A stretch of 64,000 nt of DNA from an uncultured Verrucomicrobiae bacterium (lineage in GTDB: Bacteria > Verrucomicrobiota > Verrucomicrobiia > Chthoniobacterales > Terrimicrobiaceae): NCBI GenBank assembly GCA_963706955.1, contig CAVPOC010000008.1:64001-128000 (forward strand). Reading direction: 5' to 3'. A model generated the notes under the pieces. The model was not told the origin of the DNA. It saw only the letters and a list, made by a program, of their open reading frames with translations, and did not search any database. This document shows positions 61,114 to 64,000 of the stretch, one piece after another (the stretch's first letter is position 1; every line of letters begins with the position of its first letter). Both the position numbers and the translations under genes were made by a program.

Positions 61114-61722
61114 TGCGTTAATAACTACGCGAAGTATCCGGTGAATGTCAATGATTCTCTTGGTCTGAGATTTTCAAGAGTTTCCCTATCGGCGAGTCGG
61201 AGCGTCGAAAACCACGATCAATCGTCCACGAACGCAAGACACGGGGAGCTCCGGCGTCCGGCGAGTTTGGATCGGGCGACGGCGAAAAGTCCGCTCCGCG
61301 TCCTTGGCGTTCAAGCGCTGACCGTCATCTTGCCTGTGGTTAAACTTTGCCGGGACTGGAGGAAAATCTCCTGAATTCTCGCGCTCTCCTTAAGCATGCT
61401 CAGGCTGCGTTCTTTTCTTTCGGGTCATGCTCTTCTTGATGGCGATGCGTATGCTTTCATTTGAGTAGTCGGTCCGGCAGACCGAACCTGAAAATGGTTG
61501 ACTACCCTTGGCCTTCACCTCATACAAATAAGAGGGTTGGCGGCGGAGTCGCCCAGGTTGTTGAACGAGGTTATTCCCTATGGCCGCCGAAAACGACACA
61601 CCCTTCTGCAGCCGGTTCTTGCATCTCATCGCCTGCCACCGGCGGCGTCCTCTTCAGGTGAGATGCGGGAAGTATCACGCCAGCGCGGCGCTTCGGCGAC
61701 ACCAGCAACCAGTGGCATAGCG

Positions 61723-62589
61723 ATGACCGCGAAGAATCCCTATCGACACTTCGTGGACGGCTTTGTCCGCTTGCTGACCGAAAACCGGACGTTGAGCGCG
61801 ACAGATCTGTTGCGGCCCGACCGGGCAGTGGTGGCAACCGGGACGCCCAAGGCTCTCATCTTTGCGCCGCATCCGGACGACGAGGTGATCATTGGCGGGC
61901 TGGCGTTGCGTTTGCTTCGTGAATTGAAGATGAACGTCCTGAATGTCGCGGTGACCCTCGGTAGTCGCGCCGATCGCCAGGCCGAACGCTGGCAGGAACT
62001 TAAGAACTGCTGCGACTACATCGGTTTTGGACTGGTTTCCACGGGAGAGCGAGGACTGGAGGGAATCAACCCGGCCGCGAAAAAGAAGGACCCTCGTCGG
62101 TGGGCGTCGTCGGTCGAGGTGATCGCCAGGCTTTTGTCAGAGCACCAGCCTTCGATCATTTTCTTCCCGCACGACGATGACTGGAACCAGACTCACCTCG
62201 GAGTTCATCATCTGCTCGTCGAGGCGTTGGGCGTGTCTCGTTTGACCTGCCTGACAGTGGAGACGGAGTTTTGGGGCGCGATGGACACACCGAACTTGAT
62301 GGTGGAGTCGAGCGCCGCAGATGTGGCCGATCTGGTCGCCGCGCTCTCCCTGCACGTCGGCGAAGTCGCACGAAACGCCTACCACCTGCGTCTGCCCGCC
62401 TGGATGATCGATAACGTGCGCCGCGGGGCGGAGCTGGTCGGTGGTCAAGGGGGAGCAGCGCCGGAGTTTGCCTTCGCAACTCTCTACCGACTGCGCCGGT
62501 GGGAGAACGGCGAATTTCACAATCTCTTCGCGGACGGCCAAGTGCTCGCCAGCCAGGACGACCTGCGCAAACTGTTTCAACCAGTCTAG
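61723..62589 (+). CDS. PIG-L family deacetylase
   Basis: FAPHPDDEVIIGG, R..E...C, P..DD.NQTH; ATG61723 chosen as start. Confidence 0.85.
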   Translation: MTAKNPYRHFVDGFVRLLTENRTLSATDLLRPDRAVVATGTPKALIFAPHPDDEVIIGGLALRLLRELKMNVLNVAVTLGSRADRQAERWQELKNCCDYIGFGLVSTGERGLEGINPAAKKKDPRRWASSVEVIARLLSEHQPSIIFFPHDDDWNQTHLGVHHLLVEALGVSRLTCLTVETEFWGAMDTPNLMVESSAADVADLVAALSLHVGEVARNAYHLRLPAWMIDNVRRGAELVGGQGGAAPEFAFATLYRLRRWENGEFHNLFADGQVLASQDDLRKLFQPV

Positions 62590-62597
62590 ATAAACTT

Positions 62598-63389
62598 ATG
62601 GAGGTTATCATTCGAACGGACCCTGACGCAGTGGCGGAACTCACCTGTCGGTTGATTACCGGGCGGTTAAACGCAAAACCGGATTTGGTTCTTGGATTGG
62701 CGACCGGTCGGACGATGGAACGAGTTTATGAACGCCTCGTTGCCAGGCACAAGAGCGATGGCTTGGACTTCTCGCGCTGCCACACGTTCAATCTGGACGA
62801 ATACATTGGCGTTCCTCCCGAGGATGAACACTCCTATCGCTTCTACATGAACCATCACCTTTTCAGCCGGGTAAATATCGATCTCGCCAACACCCATGTG
62901 CCTGACGGTATGGCAACGGATCTGCGCGCGGGAGCAGCGCATTACGAACAACTCATTCGAATGGCGGGAGGAATTGACGTGCAACTCCTGGGAATCGGGG
63001 AAGCAGGGCATATCGGGTTCAATGAACCTCTCTCCGCCTTTATGTCGCGCACCCGCGATAAGGCTTTGACTCCGCTCACGCGGAAGCAAAATGCCGAAAT
63101 GTTCGGAGGCGACCCCGACAAGGTGCCGAAGCGAGCCCTCACCATGGGCGTCGGCACGATCCTCGATGCAAGGGAATTGTTGCTTCTGGCCACCGGCAAG
63201 GCCAAGGCATCAATCCTTGCCAAGGCAGTTGAAGGGCCGATTACCGCCATGATCAGCGCCTCGGCCATTCAATTGCACCCGAATTGCAAGGTGATCGTTG
63301 ACGAAGACGCAGCTGGTCAACTCGAAGAGCGGGAATATTACGACTGGATCTTTGCCAACGAACCCGAGTGGCAGGAATTCCAATCATAG
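62598..63389 (+). CDS. nagB: glucosamine-6-phosphate deaminase
   Basis: VLGLATGRT, TFNLDEY, SY..YM..HLF, GGIDVQLLGIG..GHIGFNEP, ALTMGVGTI, ASAIQLH. Confidence 0.93.
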   Translation: MEVIIRTDPDAVAELTCRLITGRLNAKPDLVLGLATGRTMERVYERLVARHKSDGLDFSRCHTFNLDEYIGVPPEDEHSYRFYMNHHLFSRVNIDLANTHVPDGMATDLRAGAAHYEQLIRMAGGIDVQLLGIGEAGHIGFNEPLSAFMSRTRDKALTPLTRKQNAEMFGGDPDKVPKRALTMGVGTILDARELLLLATGKAKASILAKAVEGPITAMISASAIQLHPNCKVIVDEDAAGQLEEREYYDWIFANEPEWQEFQS

Positions 63390-63447
63390 ACTCGCTCGCG
63401 TGGGTTGCGTCCCGTGCCGACTTGGACCCTTTTAGCGGCACTTCACA

Positions 63448-64000
63448 ATGAAGCCGTTTGCATCAGCATCCCTCGCCGAAGCCGGCGTCTTCGCGATCCG
63501 TCAAACTTTGCGACGCATTATTCGAGAGTTCGAAGACGATCCCAACACCGCAGTGAGGCAAACCATCGATGCCGAAACGAAAAAGAGGGCCATCGATGTT
63601 GACCTCATCGCCGATCGGGAGTTTGCCACTCAGTTCCGCCACTATGACGGCGGCAGATATGCATGGGTAGTCGTCACTGGGGAGGAGCGGCCGGGCGACA
63701 GCGACTCTCTTGACGGACCGTTTGGCACATATGTTCTCCTCGATGCATTGGACGGGAGCGATTTGGCGGAGCGAGGACTAGCCAACTGGTGTTCCGCCGT
63801 GGTCTTCTTTGAAGTCGCTCGTTCCACCGCAAAGATTCGTGCCGCAGTAGTTGGCATGCCGCCGAACCACGTCTATTTCGCCACCGACGACGATCCCCGC
63901 GTCCGTGTCTACCGCAATCTTCCTGACCTCGAAGGTCAGTTCTTGGCTAACTTGGCTCTCGAGGCTGAAGAGGTGACCGGCTTGCCTCCAGAGCGAGCAC
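63448..64000 (+). CDS. inositol monophosphatase/FIG-superfamily-like protein (partial, runs off window)
   Basis: Open frame from ATG63448 to the window end: AIDVDLIADREF...VVVTGEE...YVLLDALDGSD resembles D...D/GEE/DPxDGT motifs. Confidence 0.5.
   Translation, partial: MKPFASASLAEAGVFAIRQTLRRIIREFEDDPNTAVRQTIDAETKKRAIDVDLIADREFATQFRHYDGGRYAWVVVTGEERPGDSDSLDGPFGTYVLLDALDGSDLAERGLANWCSAVVFFEVARSTAKIRAAVVGMPPNHVYFATDDDPRVRVYRNLPDLEGQFLANLALEAEEVTGLPPERA

Overview
Bacterial DNA of moderately high GC; the host may be a Verrucomicrobiota/PVC-type soil organism (weak inference from repeat style and gene content). The centre of the window (~15.4-44.4 kb, + strand) is a complete-looking extracellular contractile injection system (eCIS, Afp/PVC-like). 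It encodes an AAA ATPase, Pvc16/DUF4255, sheath, tube, a tail-assembly chaperone with a lambda G/GT-type -1 slippery site, a LysM tube initiator, a VgrG-like spike, PAAR, gp25, two baseplate-J proteins, a P2 gpI-like protein and one baseplate-anchored fibre. There are no capsid, terminase or T6SS membrane genes. Two polymorphic arrays flank it. Downstream are eight tandem fibre-like genes that all start with the same ~150-aa module (MPIDQTLRGLALEIDAS...) but carry shuffled middle, tip and chaperone modules, with a visible scar of a tip replacement. Upstream and divergent are five DUF4157 (eCIS-core) effector genes with a shared leader and promoter unit and different C-termini (helical, LysM plus RelE-like, HExxH, unknown beta domain, hydrophobic); all five are frameshifted in this sequence. 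To the right are a clostripain-like protease, a ~6.7-kb decayed element bounded by tRNA-Pro(TGG) and a 21-bp copy of its 3' end, three small orphan genes with a shared leader hairpin, an AraC regulator plus flavin monooxygenase, a multicopper oxidase/ZIP/cupredoxin operon, and PIG-L plus nagB. All family calls are by eye from motifs; no searches were run.
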